Part shown: positions 33,809-47,732 of the stretch, piece by piece
How positions within the stretch are numbered: the stretch's first letter is position 1
How the letters are laid out: every line of letters starts with the position of its first letter
Origin: Narcine bancroftii
Lineage: Eukaryota
Assembly: GCF_036971445.1 (NCBI RefSeq)
Contig: NC_091481.1
Span: forward strand, 18,104,001-18,168,000
Reading direction: 5' to 3'
Length of the DNA stretch: 64,000 bases
Notes under the pieces: generated by a model
Databases searched by the model: none
Told to the model about the DNA's origin: nothing
Seen by the model: only the letters and a program-made list of their open reading frames with translations
Translations under genes and position numbers: made by a program

Positions 33809-34189
33809 TAAAAACACAATACTGGAGAAACTCAGCAGGTCAGTGTATTTTAATTTTTAAAAAGATTTCGACATACAGCATGGTAACAGGCCATTTCGAA
33901 CTATGGGTCTGTGCCAACCAATTTACTCCCCATTAACCTACACCCCCGGTACATTTTGAACTGTGGGAGGAAACTTCATATAGCAAAGATAAAGGTGCAT
34001 AACCAACATTTTGGGCTTGAGCCCTTCATTAAGGTATGGAAAAATGTTGGCAGGCACCCGAACATCTGTTGACATTTTCCCATGTCTTGATGAAGGGCTT
34101 AAGCCAGAAACGTTGGTCATGTACCTTTATCTTTGCTATACAAAGGACAATGATTGACCTGCTGAGTTTCTCCAGTATTGTGTTTTTAC
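33809..34189. mobile_element. Fold-back pair of Penelope-type terminal repeats, left arm interrupted by a SINE fragment (about 33855-33975)
   Basis: 33809-33842 pairs with 34155-34188, and 33979-34055 pairs with 34065-34140. Confidence 0.75.
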
Positions 34190-34899
34190 TTGAATATTTG
34201 TGCATTGTATGCCAACTACATGGTAGATTGTGCCCACCATTAATACTATTATGAGGTCAAGTTCATAAAGACATAAACATCGAACATTAAAAAACATAAT
34301 ACTGAAACTACTCAGTAAGTTTGGGAAATAGTGTGGGATATTGAATGTCCCACGGAACCACAATATTCTGAGGATTGATGCATTCTATTCAAATACCGAT
34401 TGTCTCTCATGTTCCCAATAATTTATACATGCGTTATGCTGATGTTTTTTTTAAAAATTTTTCAATCTATATGTGGATGGGGAAACACTACCTATATGAA
34501 CATTAAAAACTAAACTGAGCTATTTTTCTCAGTTTGATCATTAGTGGGATATTCTGAACTGTTAGCTTTAGTCTATGGAGCATTGAATTCAAGGTGTTTT
34601 AAAGAGAATATTACAAATATTTCAATTTTTTTATCAAATTGAGGAAAGAGTGAGATAATTTTAAATAAAATATTAAACTAAACCTGCATACCTACATATT
34701 AGAACTGAAATTAAGTTTTAAGAAAATTCTGCAACTTTAGAGAAAGCCATTTATATATGCAGATTAATCTTAGCAAGATCAGTATTATTGCCAGAGGTCC
34801 CTCTTGATTCACAGTTGATTGTATCTGCACAACAAATACAATCTTCACAGTGCATTAACTCCAAGAGGAATAAAAGGAGTAATAATAATTAAGAGAGTT

Positions 34900-35960
34900 T
34901 CTCTCAAATCAACCTTCTCTATCACATCTGCTCCCAGGATGAGGTCTTTTATTCCAGAACAAGCAAGGTGTCCTCCCTCTTCAAAAAAGATGACTTCCCC
35001 TCTACTGCTATCATCAGCTCTTACCCACATCTCCTCTATTTCCTGCACATCTGCCGTGGCCTATCTCTGCCCATAGATACAGCAAGGATAGGATCCCACT
35101 TGTCCTCACCTACCACCCCGCCAGCCTCCACAGCCAACAGATTATCTGGCACCTACATGATCCCACCACCACATACGGTACATCTTCCCCTCTCCACTTT
35201 TCGCAGGACCACTCCCTCCAACTCTGTCGCACCCCCCCCCCCCCCTTGGTGTACCCCTGTGATTGCAGGAATTGCTACATTTGCACCCTCACCTCTGCTC
35301 TCACCAATTTATGGGCCCAGACTGGGAGATTAATTCGTTGAGCACCTTCACTCTGTCCTCTGCAGTAACCGGGACCTTCCAGTGGCCAACCATTTCATTG
35401 CAAACCCCATTCCCACACCAACACGTCGGTCCATGGCCTCATGCACTAACAAACTGAAGCCAATTGTAAATTGGAGGAACAACATAGGGCAGCGTTAGTG
35501 CAATGCTATTAGAGCGCCAGCAACCCAGGTTCAAATCTGGCACTGTCTGTAATGAGTTTGTATGTTCTCTCTGTGATAGCATGGGTTTCCTACAGGCACT
35601 CCAGTTTCCTCCCACCTTTCAAAATGTATGAGGGTTGTAGGTTAATCGGGACATTAGGGCAGTGCAGGCTCGTGGGCCACAAGGGTCAGTTACCATGGTG
35701 TACATGTACATTAAAAAAAATTAATAATATTCTGTCTAGGCCCTCTCCAACCATACAGAATTAATGTTGAGTTCTCCAGATTTTATTAGGCCCCTTCCCT
35801 ATGTCTCTTTTTACCCCTATTTCTTGCTCCGGCTCCCTACCCTCTTTCACTTCTCATCTTTTTTCTCTTCTGCCTTCCCACCATGATCCACCTTGTTTTT
35901 CAGGCGCCTGCCTTATAGGACAAAGGGCCCAGGCGCAGAGTTGGTTATATCCCTTTGCTC
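34900..35960 (+). mobile_element. Degenerate Penelope-like element interrupted by a SINE (35487-35720)
   Basis: RIPLVLTYHP, PVANHF and KLEEQH remnants typical of the Penelope RT C-terminus/GIY-YIG region. Confidence 0.7.
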
Positions 35961-36049
35961 CTTGGAGCATTTCATTTTACTTCTCATAATAAGTAGCCGC
36001 TCTTGTCTCACTTCTGTGTTTTGATCCTGGATGGAATTTCACTGAATGC

Positions 36050-36700
36050 AGGCCCGGGACAGCTTTAAATCCTCCCTTCCTCTCCTGAAGTCGGAGCTCA
36101 CGGGATCAGGAGTTGGCTCGAACCGGATCAACCTCTCCTCCATCCCTCAGGGGCCTCCTCAGCGGCAAGTCAACCAGCGCAAGCCCCAGGACGCCGCAGC
36201 TTCCGGTTCAACGCAACCTCGCCGGCGGAAGCGGACCGCGATTGACAGCAGAGCCAACCAGACGTCCTTTCCGCCGCGACCAATCGGGAGGCAGCGCGCC
36301 GCGGGTTGCCCCGCCTTCCCCTCTCCGCGGTTGCCCGGGGTCCCCGGCGTGGTGGGCATGGTGCTGAGGAAGGTGAGCGGGTGCTGGCGAGGGAGGATGG
36401 CGCCTGAAGGGTCGGTCTGGCTTTGTCCAGACTGACTGCCACCTTGTGCCGTGACGGGTCTGGGCACTTTTGTCTCAATGCAAATCCCAGTGGGCTGCGT
36501 CCGGGCACCGAGGCGATGGGCTGAATGGCTTCCCTTCGCCCGTTTGGGGTTGGGCCCCCCCCTTCTGAACGTCGGTAAACTGTGTCACCCGGATATGGCC
36601 GTCAATGTCAGTTGGGGCTTGTGGTTTGGCTGGTCTAAAGCAGTTTTAGAAAGGATTGAACTACCAGCAGCGAGTGTGGTTATTGGTGTCGAATGCGGAT
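36050..36700. promoter_or_regulatory. CpG island and bidirectional promoter shared by HDAC10 and TUBGCP6
   Basis: The strongest CpG/GC-rich block outside repeats and the szl gene, lying between two divergent genes whose ATG exons both begin with splice acceptors. ETS sites CTTCCGG (36200) and CGGAAG (36226), CCAAT (36280) and YY1-like GATGGCG (36396). Candidate non-coding first-exon donors at about 36101 (-) and 36373 (+, AAG|GTGAGC). Confidence 0.8.
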
Positions 36701-39256
36701 AGGGACGTAACGTTGCCCCCCAGCTCACTTTATTAATCTGCTGCTATGCAGGTGGTTGCTTTCAGGAATAGTGGCATCTCTTCCTTCAATGAGCCCCCTG
36801 TTTCCTGCTTTATAAACGAGCAAAGAGAAGGGCCGTTACTGCAATGTGCTTTTGCAACCCATTTAATCATATAACCGTTTCCAGCACGGAAACAGGCCAC
36901 GTCGGCCCTTCAAGTCCGTACCGGTTCACTTGAACAACTCCACTAGCTCCTCCGCAAACTCCTGAGGAAGTAGAGGCTTTCTTCATGATGCCATTGGTGT
37001 GTTGGTTCCAGGAAAGATCTTCCAAGATAGTGACTCCCAAGAACCTACATTTGCTCAACCTCTATTGATGACAATAAAACAATCAAGTCATTAAGGAAAA
37101 GTTCTGATAGGTTCATCTCCACCGACCTACCTTTTCCCCATATCCCTTAATTCCCTACTTTGTAAATAGCAGAAGACCTCATTGATACTGTCGTGAGCCT
37201 TGAGGTCTTCTGCATGTTTCTCTGATGACACAGAATGTTTTAACAAAACTGCACTCCAAGCACTTAGTCTCCAATCAGATTAACTTTCCATACTCCCACC
37301 CAGGGTTTTGCATCCTTTCTGATCCTGACATTAAATCTCCTAGGAGCATCAATTTGCCTTCCATTAGCTCATTCAAGTAAATGATGATTAATTCTCAAGA
37401 TCCTATGCTGCTCTCTTTTGATTTCCCCCTTGCACTGAGGAAAAAAATATACTGACACAACTTTTTTTTGTATTACTGCCCAACTGAAAATAATTTCCTT
37501 CTTCCTTTAATATTTATTATCTCTTTTTCTCTTTGTGGCATCTTCATCCTTGACTTTGTATCAAGGTGAAGTTGCTGCATTTCTCCAACATTTTTTTTGG
37601 GTGCATTTACTACAATTACATTTCACCCCTTATTTTGTGCTGGTGTGTTTTGTGTATCCCATAAACTGTCACAGATTAAAATGTTCTTTGTGGCTGAACA
37701 TTGTACATACAACAATGAACTCATTCATTTCAAGTTACCAGGCTATGACAGTTGAGGTGAATGGAATAAAAAAGTTACTATCAGAGATGACATTGACATT
37801 GAAAGTCACAACATTGGAATGTGACATAATCTTCCCCCCCCCCCCAACTTCACCAAGATCCACGAATGTTCTGCAGTTTGAGATGGCAGTAAATGTTGGC
37901 CTTGCCAGTTACATTCATTTACCAAACCTGCAAATTTTTATTGAGTTGTTAATTAACTTATATTGTAATTAGAGGAATATATTTTAAAATACCAACCAGT
38001 GCAGTTCATTGTTTCAAACAATAAGAGCGCTTAGCTGGAGATAAGTAGTACTGTTTATACTTAATGACCTAGATTACATCCATACTAGTATGAAATTCAT
38101 CTGATCTTGATGACTAAACAGGCTCTGACCTATTTACTACTTGGATGGGATATTGGGAATATTAAAGAGAGAGTTTTTCACAAAAATAAATTTGGATGAG
38201 CAGATTTTTTTCTGCAAATTTCCTCAAGGAATCTATACTCACCCATTGGAGGATCTTTTCTCAATAAGTTGCAGGCTTTTCTTAACCATTACTCTATTCA
38301 GTAGTACATTTCATGGTTCTAATGTTCTTCATTTTAAATATTACCTTGACTTCTTTTCAAATCTTTTAATAATCTTAAATTTCACTAGTTTTTTTTTCAT
38401 CACAACTCAGTTTATTTCGGGACATCAAACTACCCAATCTTGAATTACTTGAATTTATTCCTTGCATTTATTCATTAGAACTAGACAGAACTTTGTCATG
38501 AAATGATTTGACTTTAGATTGATGTAGCTTAAACATTATTTCCACTGTTCTGTTGATGATTTAGTTTAGTATTTTGAAGAGATGCACTTACACCAGAGCA
38601 ATAATTAACAGGACTATTTATCTGAGAGATGTTGCATTTTGTTATTGTTTTGCAAGTTGACTGAGCATGAAATGAGATTATTATCAATATGTTCAACTTT
38701 CAGATTGTACTTTTATGGAAGAATTCCTGTTATTCATTTTAATGTATTGACTGTGTCATACTTCAGAATAAGGTTTTCAAAATTTCTACATGGTTAATGG
38801 CTGATAAGCCGTTGTACTTGCTGTGGAATAATATAGACCTTATAAATAAAAACAACAAAAAAAATCTTCATATCCTATGTTCAGAAGTTAAAAAAAAATT
38901 AGTCGACCTGATTCTGTTTTATCAATATTGTTTATTGTAAGCCATACAGATGCCAGAGTTTTCTCGGAGCTTGATTGTGAATGTAATTTTTTTCAGGAGA
39001 ATTTTTGGGGAGTGGGGGAATTTGCTTATTTTTGGTTGCTCTTGCCTCTTTGATTTTTTTGTATGTTTCTGTTTGGCTAGGAGGGAAATGGTTAAATAAA
39101 GCTTAAAAATATGAATGCAGCAATGTTTTAAAATTGAGATGTTGCAATACATTCTTGAAAAAAAAATGTTTCTTTTCTCTTCATAGGCACCAAAGCTGCC
39201 AAAAAATTCATTTTTAACATATAGTACTTGAAATGTTGGACTGATCTGGAATATCA

Positions 39257-40006
39257 ATGGCTAGCATTACACAATTATTTGGAGATCTTTGCGAAGCCCA
39301 CATGATGGGCTTATCATGGAAGTGTTATTTGGGAAAAAGGCGGCTGAACAGAACACAATTCAAGGAAAAATTGAAAAGGGTAGCTTACGATACACTGTTT
39401 ACAAATCTTTTTCGCGATGAAGCAACAACAAAATCTCAGTCTGATGTCAGTAAGTTGCCCGTGAAAAACAAAATCTTGATGTTGTCCTTCAATTTGAGGG
39501 TGGCTGGGATGAGTATGGAAGCTGATCATTTGGAAGAGCTGACAGAGAAAATAGAAAAGTCAACATGCATGTCACAAACTGATCTGAACTCTGTTTTGGA
39601 ACTTTTAATTGAGCTTGCAGGGACTGGAACTTTTCAACTTCAACCACAGAAAAGGGATTATTTCTTGAACAATAAATTTGTTGGAAGAAATGTAAAATTT
39701 CAGGGCTATGATTACTATGATGTAAGCCTGTTTGAATCAGGCCTGTTGTCCTTAATTTCCACTGAGGACTTGGAATTTCATGATAATGTACAGCATACCC
39801 TTCAGTTAATGGATGCCAAACCCGGAACTGGATTACCCTGTATTGGACTATTCTCCCATAATTACTTAGCTGGTGATAAATATGAGAAAGAAACACGAGT
39901 ATCACTCTTTGGTGCATTGGTACATAGTCGTACTTGTGAAATGGAAATTAAGTTGGATTTGCCTGCAGTGCCAGATAACGTGGATATGACTGGACTTAAA
40001 ATTAGG
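39257..40006 (+). CDS. TUBGCP6: TUBGCP6 coding exon 1
   Basis: 250 codons, MASITQLF...GLKIR. Acceptor at 39186, donor AGG|GTAAGT. Confidence 0.95.
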
Positions 40007-40179
40007 GTAAGTAAAAGCCAACACATAACATTCCAGATGTCAGGGGATCAAAAATGAGGATATAGCTTTCAAGTAAGAAGGACGAATTTTAAATGGGATT
40101 TAAGGAGAGTTTTGTTTTGAAAGAGAGGTTGGTTCAAATTGGGAACTCACTGCCATAGACAAATAGAATCACCACATTT

Positions 40180-43052
40180 TTTTTGGAAAACTATTTATTT
40201 AAGAAAATCGTTAATAGAAAAACAATATACAATCCAATATAAGTAATTTTATATATATATAAAAAATTAAAAACATAAACACAAAGAAAAAACCCAAAAA
40301 AAAGAGTAAAAAAATATACCCCTCCCACCCTATCAGCCAGCTCTCTTAAGGAGAGCTATAAGAAAAAAGGAAAAGTATATAATACATCAAAGTACATCTA
40401 AATGCACATATTACAAATACGGTAACCACTTATTGACGATAAAAGAATAATTATCATGCAAATTATATGTAATTTTTTCCATAACAATGCAAGCTTTCAA
40501 TTCATTATGCCATCGCGTTATATTAATCACTGTGTTATCTTTCCATGTACTTGTTACACATTTTCGAGCTATAGACAGTACTAAACATAAAAATGCAATT
40601 TGAAATTTATCTCGCCCTCATCCCTTTAAAGGAACCATGTAACCCATTAAAAAAGATAGATGGATCCAATGGTAACTTAATGTTATATAATTTTTCCAAA
40701 ATTAACCTAATTTCTTCCCAAAATGGTTGTACATAAACACAAGACCAAACAGCATGTAAAAAAAGTACCAGTACATACACCACATCTAGAACAAGAATCC
40801 GAGTTACTAAAACCATATTTTTTCAATTTCTCTGGAGTTAAATATAACTGATGTAAAAAATTATAATTGATATTTGTCAATTTAGTTACACTGTTGTAGC
40901 ACATATCTACCCAATAATCTTTAGGAAAAACAAAAGCTAAGTCATTTTCCCACTTAAGCTTAGACTTCTCCCATTCTGGTTTATTCATATTGTCTTGTAA
41001 CACTTGATACATAACAGAAATATATCCCTTTTTTGGTATAGAAGAAATCTAAAGATTCAAATTCCGACAATACCATACATGACTTTCACCAAAGCACGAA
41101 GTTGATAATAAACAAAGAATTTTCAGCAATATCAAAACATTCCCTCAATTGATTAAAGGAAAAAAATTGTCCTACAAAACAATCCTGCAATGTCTTTATA
41201 CCCTTAAAATCCCAACTCTTTAAATAATTATTAAATATTGAAAAAGGAATAAGCTGATTATTATATAATGGAGTTAAAATTGACAATTTACCTTTTGATC
41301 CTAAAATCTTATTTCTTTTAGTCCACACCTTTAATAAATGCTTTAATATCGGCATATTATATTCCCGCAACAAATTTATGTTCCATCAATATATATATAT
41401 AAATTGATGCACCTCAATTTCAGAAACGCAAGCCATCTCAACTTCCGCCCAACTTGGGGATTGGTCCAAATCCATCAATCTACTAATAAATTTCAACTGG
41501 GCTGCTTCATAATAATTTTGAAAATGAGGTAATTGAACCCCACCTAACATATACTTCCAATTAAGTTTATATAATGCTACCCGCGATAATTTACCTTTCC
41601 ATAAAAATTCTCTCATGGCTTTATTTAAATCCTGAAAAAAATCCCTTTGAAAGAGGACACGGTATTGATTGAAATAAATATTGAATTCGAGGAAAAATAT
41701 TCATCTTTCTATACAATTAACTCGACCGATTAAAGTTAACGGGAGATCTTTCCATTTAATTAAATCTGCTTTAACCTTTTTTAGTAAAGGAACATAATTT
41801 AACTTGTATAAAGATTGATGATCAGCATTTACAATTCCTAAATATTTAATTTTATCAGACCATTTCAATTTTATAATATCTTTATATTCTGAATAATCTC
41901 CTTCTCCAACTGGCAAAATTTCACGCTTATCGTAATTAACCTTATATCCAGATAATGTTCCATATTGCAATAAACATTCCTGCAGATGCGGCAATGATCG
42001 TTCTGGGTCTGTCAAATATATCAAAACATCATCTGCAAATAAGTTAATCTTATATTCTTCATCCATAAGTCACATCCCTCTTATCTGTTCATTCTGTCTT
42101 ATTGTTTGAGCTAACGGTTCAATAGCCAATGCAAAGAAGGCTGTTGACAATGGACACCCTTGTCGAGTTGAACGCGTCAATTTGAACGGTAATGAAACTT
42201 GACCATTTGTCACCAACCTGGCAATCGGATTTGTACATAAAGCTTTAACCCAACCAATAAAAAAAGGGCCAAATTTAAACTTCTCCAACACCTTAAATAA
42301 AAATTCCCATTCAACCCTGTCAAAGGCTTTTTCTTCATCAAGCGCAACCAAATGGCTGCTGTCGATATGCATTGACCAAAGTAATCAATTGAAGGATATT
42401 ATTTGATGCGTTTCTATTCTTAATAAAACCTGTTTGGTCAGTATGTATCAATTTAGGTAAATACTTAGCAAGTCGATTTGCTAACACTTTTGCTATAATT
42501 TTATAGTCTACATTCAGTAGAGAAATAGGTCTATATGAAGACACTTGCAATGGATCTTCATCTTTTTTCAGAATTACAGTAATTAGAGCACTGGAGCAAG
42601 ATTCCGGTATGTCATGCTCTTCAGTTACTTGTTGTAATACATCCTCAAACACAGAATAAATCTTCATAAAAAATTTTGTAAAATTCCACAGAAAATCCAT
42701 TGTCCCCCGGTGACTTTCCATTTGGCATCTCCTGTATAGCTTCCTTAATCTCAAATTCTGTAAATGGAGCTTCCAATTCCACAACATTTTCCTCCTTTAA
42801 TGCTGGTAACGTTAATTTAGATAAATAAGATTCAATAACACCACTATCTTGTTTCCCCTCAGAAGTATATAATTGATAAAATGAATAAAACTGGTCATTA
42901 ATTTCCTGAGGTTTATAGGTAACTATTTAATTCTTTTTAACAGCATTAATAATCCGTGAAACCTGTTCTGTCTTTAACTGCCATGCAGGTACCTTATGTG
43001 CTCTCTCACCCAACTCGTAATAACGCTGCTTAGATTGATTAATTAAATGTTC
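40180..43052 (-). mobile_element. 5'-truncated L1-clade LINE (~2.9 kb, frameshifted ORF2 RT and C-terminus) in TUBGCP6 intron 1, inserted in a CR1 tail
   Basis: YRPISLLNVDYKIIAKVLANRL, AFDRVEW, TRQGCPLS and LFADDVL motifs. 15-bp TSD AGAATCACCACATTT at 40165-40179 and 43053-43067. Confidence 0.92.
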
Positions 43053-44420
43053 AGAATCACCACATTTAAGAGACATTTCAACAGCCATGTAAATAGACAT
43101 GATATAGAAGGATGCAGACCTAATGCCTGAAAATAGGGGGAGCCTATTTCTGACTGACATTGATGCCCATGGTCTTTCTGGTTTCAGAATGTGGTCATTG
43201 GAAGCTGTTCAGTTTGTAATATAATGTATTGAAGCCATATTAAAAACATTAAGAAAGGCACTACCATGCCCATTAAGAGAAATCCACCCATGTTGAAAAT
43301 CTATAATGTAAAATCAAAATATTGCTGGAAATCTGAAATAATAATTAAAATGCTAGAAATACTCAGCAGCTTGTGGTTTTTTTAAAAAAAATTAGGACTA
43401 CAGGTTAATGTCTATGTGTCTTGATTGAATGTGGGAAATGTAACCAACATGAGCATATTGTGCAGTTGTGGTTACTCCCCTTTATACCTGGATGATGTTA
43501 GGAAAATGATATTGAAATATTGTTGAGTATCTAAAGTTGGTACAAGTTGCATCAAACTAAATACAAATCCATGCATTCCAGTAAGAATTTAAAATAAAAA
43601 TTTGATAAATAACAAAATTCTTGCCCAAAATAGAATTTTATTAGTATTTTACGTTTAGTTTGAACATCATGAGATTACAGTAGATTTCCATATAACATTT
43701 TCAATACAAATTCCAGGAAGATTTTGAGAATATTAAATGTAGATTTTCTTCTTTCATTATTGTCATCAATAATTTTTATGCAAATTTACTTGAGGGAGAG
43801 AGCTAAAGTATGAATTTGAAATATGGGAATTGTTAATTTGGCCAGTTTCTGTAAAATTTTTTAATACTTTCACAGTCTTATTTGAATGAGCTGCAATTAG
43901 AAAAAAGTCTGATTTGCATGAAAATGATGTTTAAAAAAAATAAATCATTATTTATTATTAATTTAGATCGAATATTTCAGTTGGTAGACTTTGTCCTTGT
44001 TCAGGTTTAACATTTATATTTTCATCATTTAGTTATTTTTTAATTGATAGGAAATATTCTTTATTCTGTATTTTCCGAACAATACTCAAGTTGGTAATCA
44101 TGGTTTCATTTGTAGCAATGATCACACATCAGAAAAACTCAGTTTCCTGGAAAATCCCTTGGAATGTATTGAGAATATGAAGAAGTCTCTATCACTTGAC
44201 TGATGTTTACCATAATTGTATATTTTCAGTATCTTTATTCAAATAGAGTGGGGGATTAAAAAGCCATATGTAATTGAAAGCAGGGGATTTCCTCATAATC
44301 ACTGTGGATTTTGCTTGTTTTGAGAATGGCTAATTAAAAAACCCTTTTAACCATTATTGTAACAGCATATATGCAGTGTAATTTATTTTTCTAAGATTAT
44401 AATAGTATGAATTTACGCAG

Positions 44421-44584
44421 GTTCCTCAAAGCATTGACCAGTCAGAAGATGAAGGATTTCAGTCGGCATCCAATCTTACTCCAGATTCGCAGTCAGAGCC
44501 CAGTTCATCTCCTGACATTGATCTGTGGAATGCAGTGCTTTCCTACGAACCCAGCAAGTATAGATGTTGGGAATTAATTGGCTG
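44421..44584 (+). CDS. TUBGCP6: TUBGCP6 coding exon 2
   Basis: Reads VPQSIDQSEDEGFQSASNLTPDSQSEPSSSPDIDLWNAVLSYEPSKYRCWELIG. Confidence 0.95.
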
Positions 44585-45836
44585 GTAAGTGAAAGATAAG
44601 TTGATTTTATTCATAGTTGTTTCTATGTTTTTGTATATTGGAATTTAATTAAACAAATTTTTGTGGCATCCACATAAATATTCACAACACTGAATTGAGG
44701 TTTATCAGTTGAGATGAGAGAGAATATTCCAGAATTAACAGTGGTTCTGTCATTCAGTGGAACTATGTTGGAAGTCCAAGAGATTCTCCCAGCTACTGCA
44801 CAAATAAACCTGGATTTTTTTGTCCCATAAAAAGGCTAGTTTTGGTGAAAATAAAGATGAAGTTGCTCTTTTGTCATTAAGACAAGATGTTGAACTAAAT
44901 TTGCCATTCTCGCCTCATTTGAAACAGAACGTGATTGACTTTTAATGGATGGATCATAAACGCTTGCATTGTCAATAATGTTCATATCTCATGAATGAAT
45001 AAATGTAAATGAAAAAACAAATCACTGGAAGAAATGTGTGCAATCTGTTGTCGGACTTGAGCTCCAGCTACTTTTTCAAAGATTGTATGTAAAACAAAAA
45101 TAACGTCTGCAACTTTACTCAGTTAATTCTGAGCCACAATGAGCTTAAGAGTTATTTGTTGGAAATTCCCTTGACCACTATGTGATGCAATAGAGTGATG
45201 TGCGCCACTTCAAAGATTTGAATTTTTCTACTTGTGTTGATTTTTATTTTAATTCTATACTCTAATTATTCATTGTAACTTCCCTCATCAAAGTCTGAGA
45301 CATTTGGAGTCCAAACTAAATTGAATCAAGATCATAATTCATTTATATTCTAAAGGCAAAGACAATTTATCTTTTAGATACCAATCAATTAATTTATTAA
45401 GCTTTTTGGTGTACCTGTTTGATTACGATAGAGATAACTTGTTTAAATATCATCAAGGCATTTGCTTATGAACTTTGTAAAAGCCTGGATATTTAGAAAG
45501 GTTTATGGAATCAAGCTACTAGAGCCAAGCCTTTCTACTCCACATGAGGCAGATCCCACTCTTCCAAACTTTTCAAAGGATCCTACTATTTATATCTCTC
45601 TTGTGATTACTTGCCTTAACTTTTGTGCTGTTCTCCTGAACTACTAACTGGCAAGGAGATTTATCAAATGCCTGATTGAATTTAATACTTCAGGAGAAAC
45701 ACTCTAGCCAGCCATTCCCTCTTGTAAGGACTACAAGGGTTTTCAACAGGCTGAACTCCGAAGTCCCATCCCGTCTTCAAAAAGGGGTTTCAACGAGCTG
45801 CCAGCTTGCCATGTTGCAGCCTCCAAAAGCCACTGC

Positions 45837-45838
<2 letters not shown>

Positions 45839-45874
<36 letters not shown>
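45839..45874. repeat. (CT)n microsatellite
   Basis: About 18 CT units. Confidence 0.95.
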
Positions 45875-45877
<3 letters not shown>

Positions 45878-47521
45878 AAATCCTGTTTGTTTTTTCTCTC
45901 CCTGTTTGCAAAACCAGAACTTGCAGGGCTCCAAACCCAATATTTGAAAGATCTTATCAGCCTTTGAGCCTGGGGTTCAATCCATTTGTACCTCCCATAA
46001 TCTTTTAAAGACATATTAATATATGTAACATATAATATAACCCGTAACATCTGCAATTCCCCTTGTGGCAAGAATTTTTTTTGTCGTACTTGGCCATCAG
46101 CATCTCTCGACAGATACTGTGATTTTTACTCCAAAACAGCACCATTTTCTGCTTCTAAAGAATATTGTCAAGAATATTGCAACTTAAATGGCATTTTCTG
46201 GGTTTTTTTTTATTACTGATGTTAAGTCACATTTATTGTCATTGGATTGCACAAGTATAACCTGATGAAACATTCTCCAGACCTCAGCGCAAAACCCGCA
46301 GACATAACACACATACAGACAAACAATACACGTGTAAAACAAGAACAGGTATTCATATATACAAATAAAAAATAAATGTTGTTTCATGAATGTGAGAATC
46401 TCGGATGGTTAGTATGAGCAGATCCTTTGGTCATTCAGCGTTCTCACTACCCATGGGAAAAAGCTGTTGCTCAGCCTGGTGGTACTGGCTCTGATACTTG
46501 GGTATCTCTTTATTATCGGAAGCTGATGAAAGATGCTGCGTGCAGGGTGGAATGGATCCTTGATAATTTTGCGCACCCAGTAGCCTTGCCCCCTTCAGAC
46601 TTCTCAGAAAATGTTTCAAATACATGAAGTGTTAAATATATTATTAATTGGCATTGTTTCAGGGAAAAAAAATCTTTAGGATAACACTTCTACTTTCTAA
46701 ATGTTCCAATTATGTTAACAGCTTTGGCTCTTGACAGAGATTATTTAGTACATGAGCAATGTGCTCAGCCCATCTTCTTAATAGCATTGCGTCTTTTAAA
46801 AAAAAGGCATTCTGCTCAGGACGTGCATTACATTTTAGGCTTGAGTTTTCAGTTGAAAAATCTGGGCTTGAATTTAAGCAGAAAAGCTGTCAAGATTATA
46901 ATCAAGTTGCTTCTGCCCTGTTGGTACACCCCTGTGCTTTAATCAAGGAAAGCTTTCCTAATGTCTGGTTTTATATCCGGGTGAGCCTCAGTGCTGGTCA
47001 CAGAACTACAGCATTATATTTAATGACTGCAGCAAATGTTGACTCCTGCCACTGTTCTTCTTTGGTAGAATGTGTTTTTTCTTTTGTAAAGAAAAGCTAA
47101 AACATTGGACCAATTGCTGAATATGTGCATTGAGAATGAGATGAATGAGAATGTCAAGTAATTAGACATACAATTTAGTATTTATCGTTTGATGCATTAA
47201 GCAATTGGAAGTGAGAATTTTTATTTCCAACACTTTGGGAATACTCAGTCAAGAAAGGTGATGTCAAATAATATCGAATGCTTGTTTTTTCTGTTCAGTT
47301 TTATTTGAAACTTGAAACTGACCTCCATATTGTAGTATTTAATAATGCAAGTTACTGGTTATGCAGATTATCTTTCTTTTAATGAGTGGTTTGGTCTCAT
47401 GTACATTTACACAGAAAAGTTATGATGCAAATGACCATAGATGCAAATGCTGATTTGAGAAAGGTTCAATTAATTTTTCTCACAATTTAATTGAGATGAT
47501 GTTTGACTGATTCTCTTGTAG

Positions 47522-47732
47522 TCCTCCAGGTAAAAAAGAGGAACCGTATCTCACGGAAGCAGGCCGAGAAGCTTTTGATAAATTCTACCAATTGCATATT
47601 GGTGAGCTGCAGCTGATCAGTGGCACACTGTTGCAACCAACACCAGTTGTACTTCAGAAAGAATCTGAATTAGTCAAAGATGTCCTGAATGTTCTAATTG
47701 GTGTGGCATCAATGACCTTCTTACTGAATCAG
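47522..47732 (+). CDS. TUBGCP6: TUBGCP6 coding exon 3
   Basis: Reads PPGKKEEPYLTEAGREAFDKFY...ESELVKDVLNVLIGVASMTFLLNQ. Confidence 0.95.

Noticed and set aside
36046-36702. Cluster of overlapping 83-129 aa ORFs
   Set aside because: An expected by-product of a stop-poor CpG island; the translations are low-complexity and rich in P/R/G/A.
45690-46050. Possible solo LTR ending ...CCCGTAACA around the CT microsatellite
   Set aside because: I could not find a matching 5' TGT end or a TSD, so the call is not supportable.
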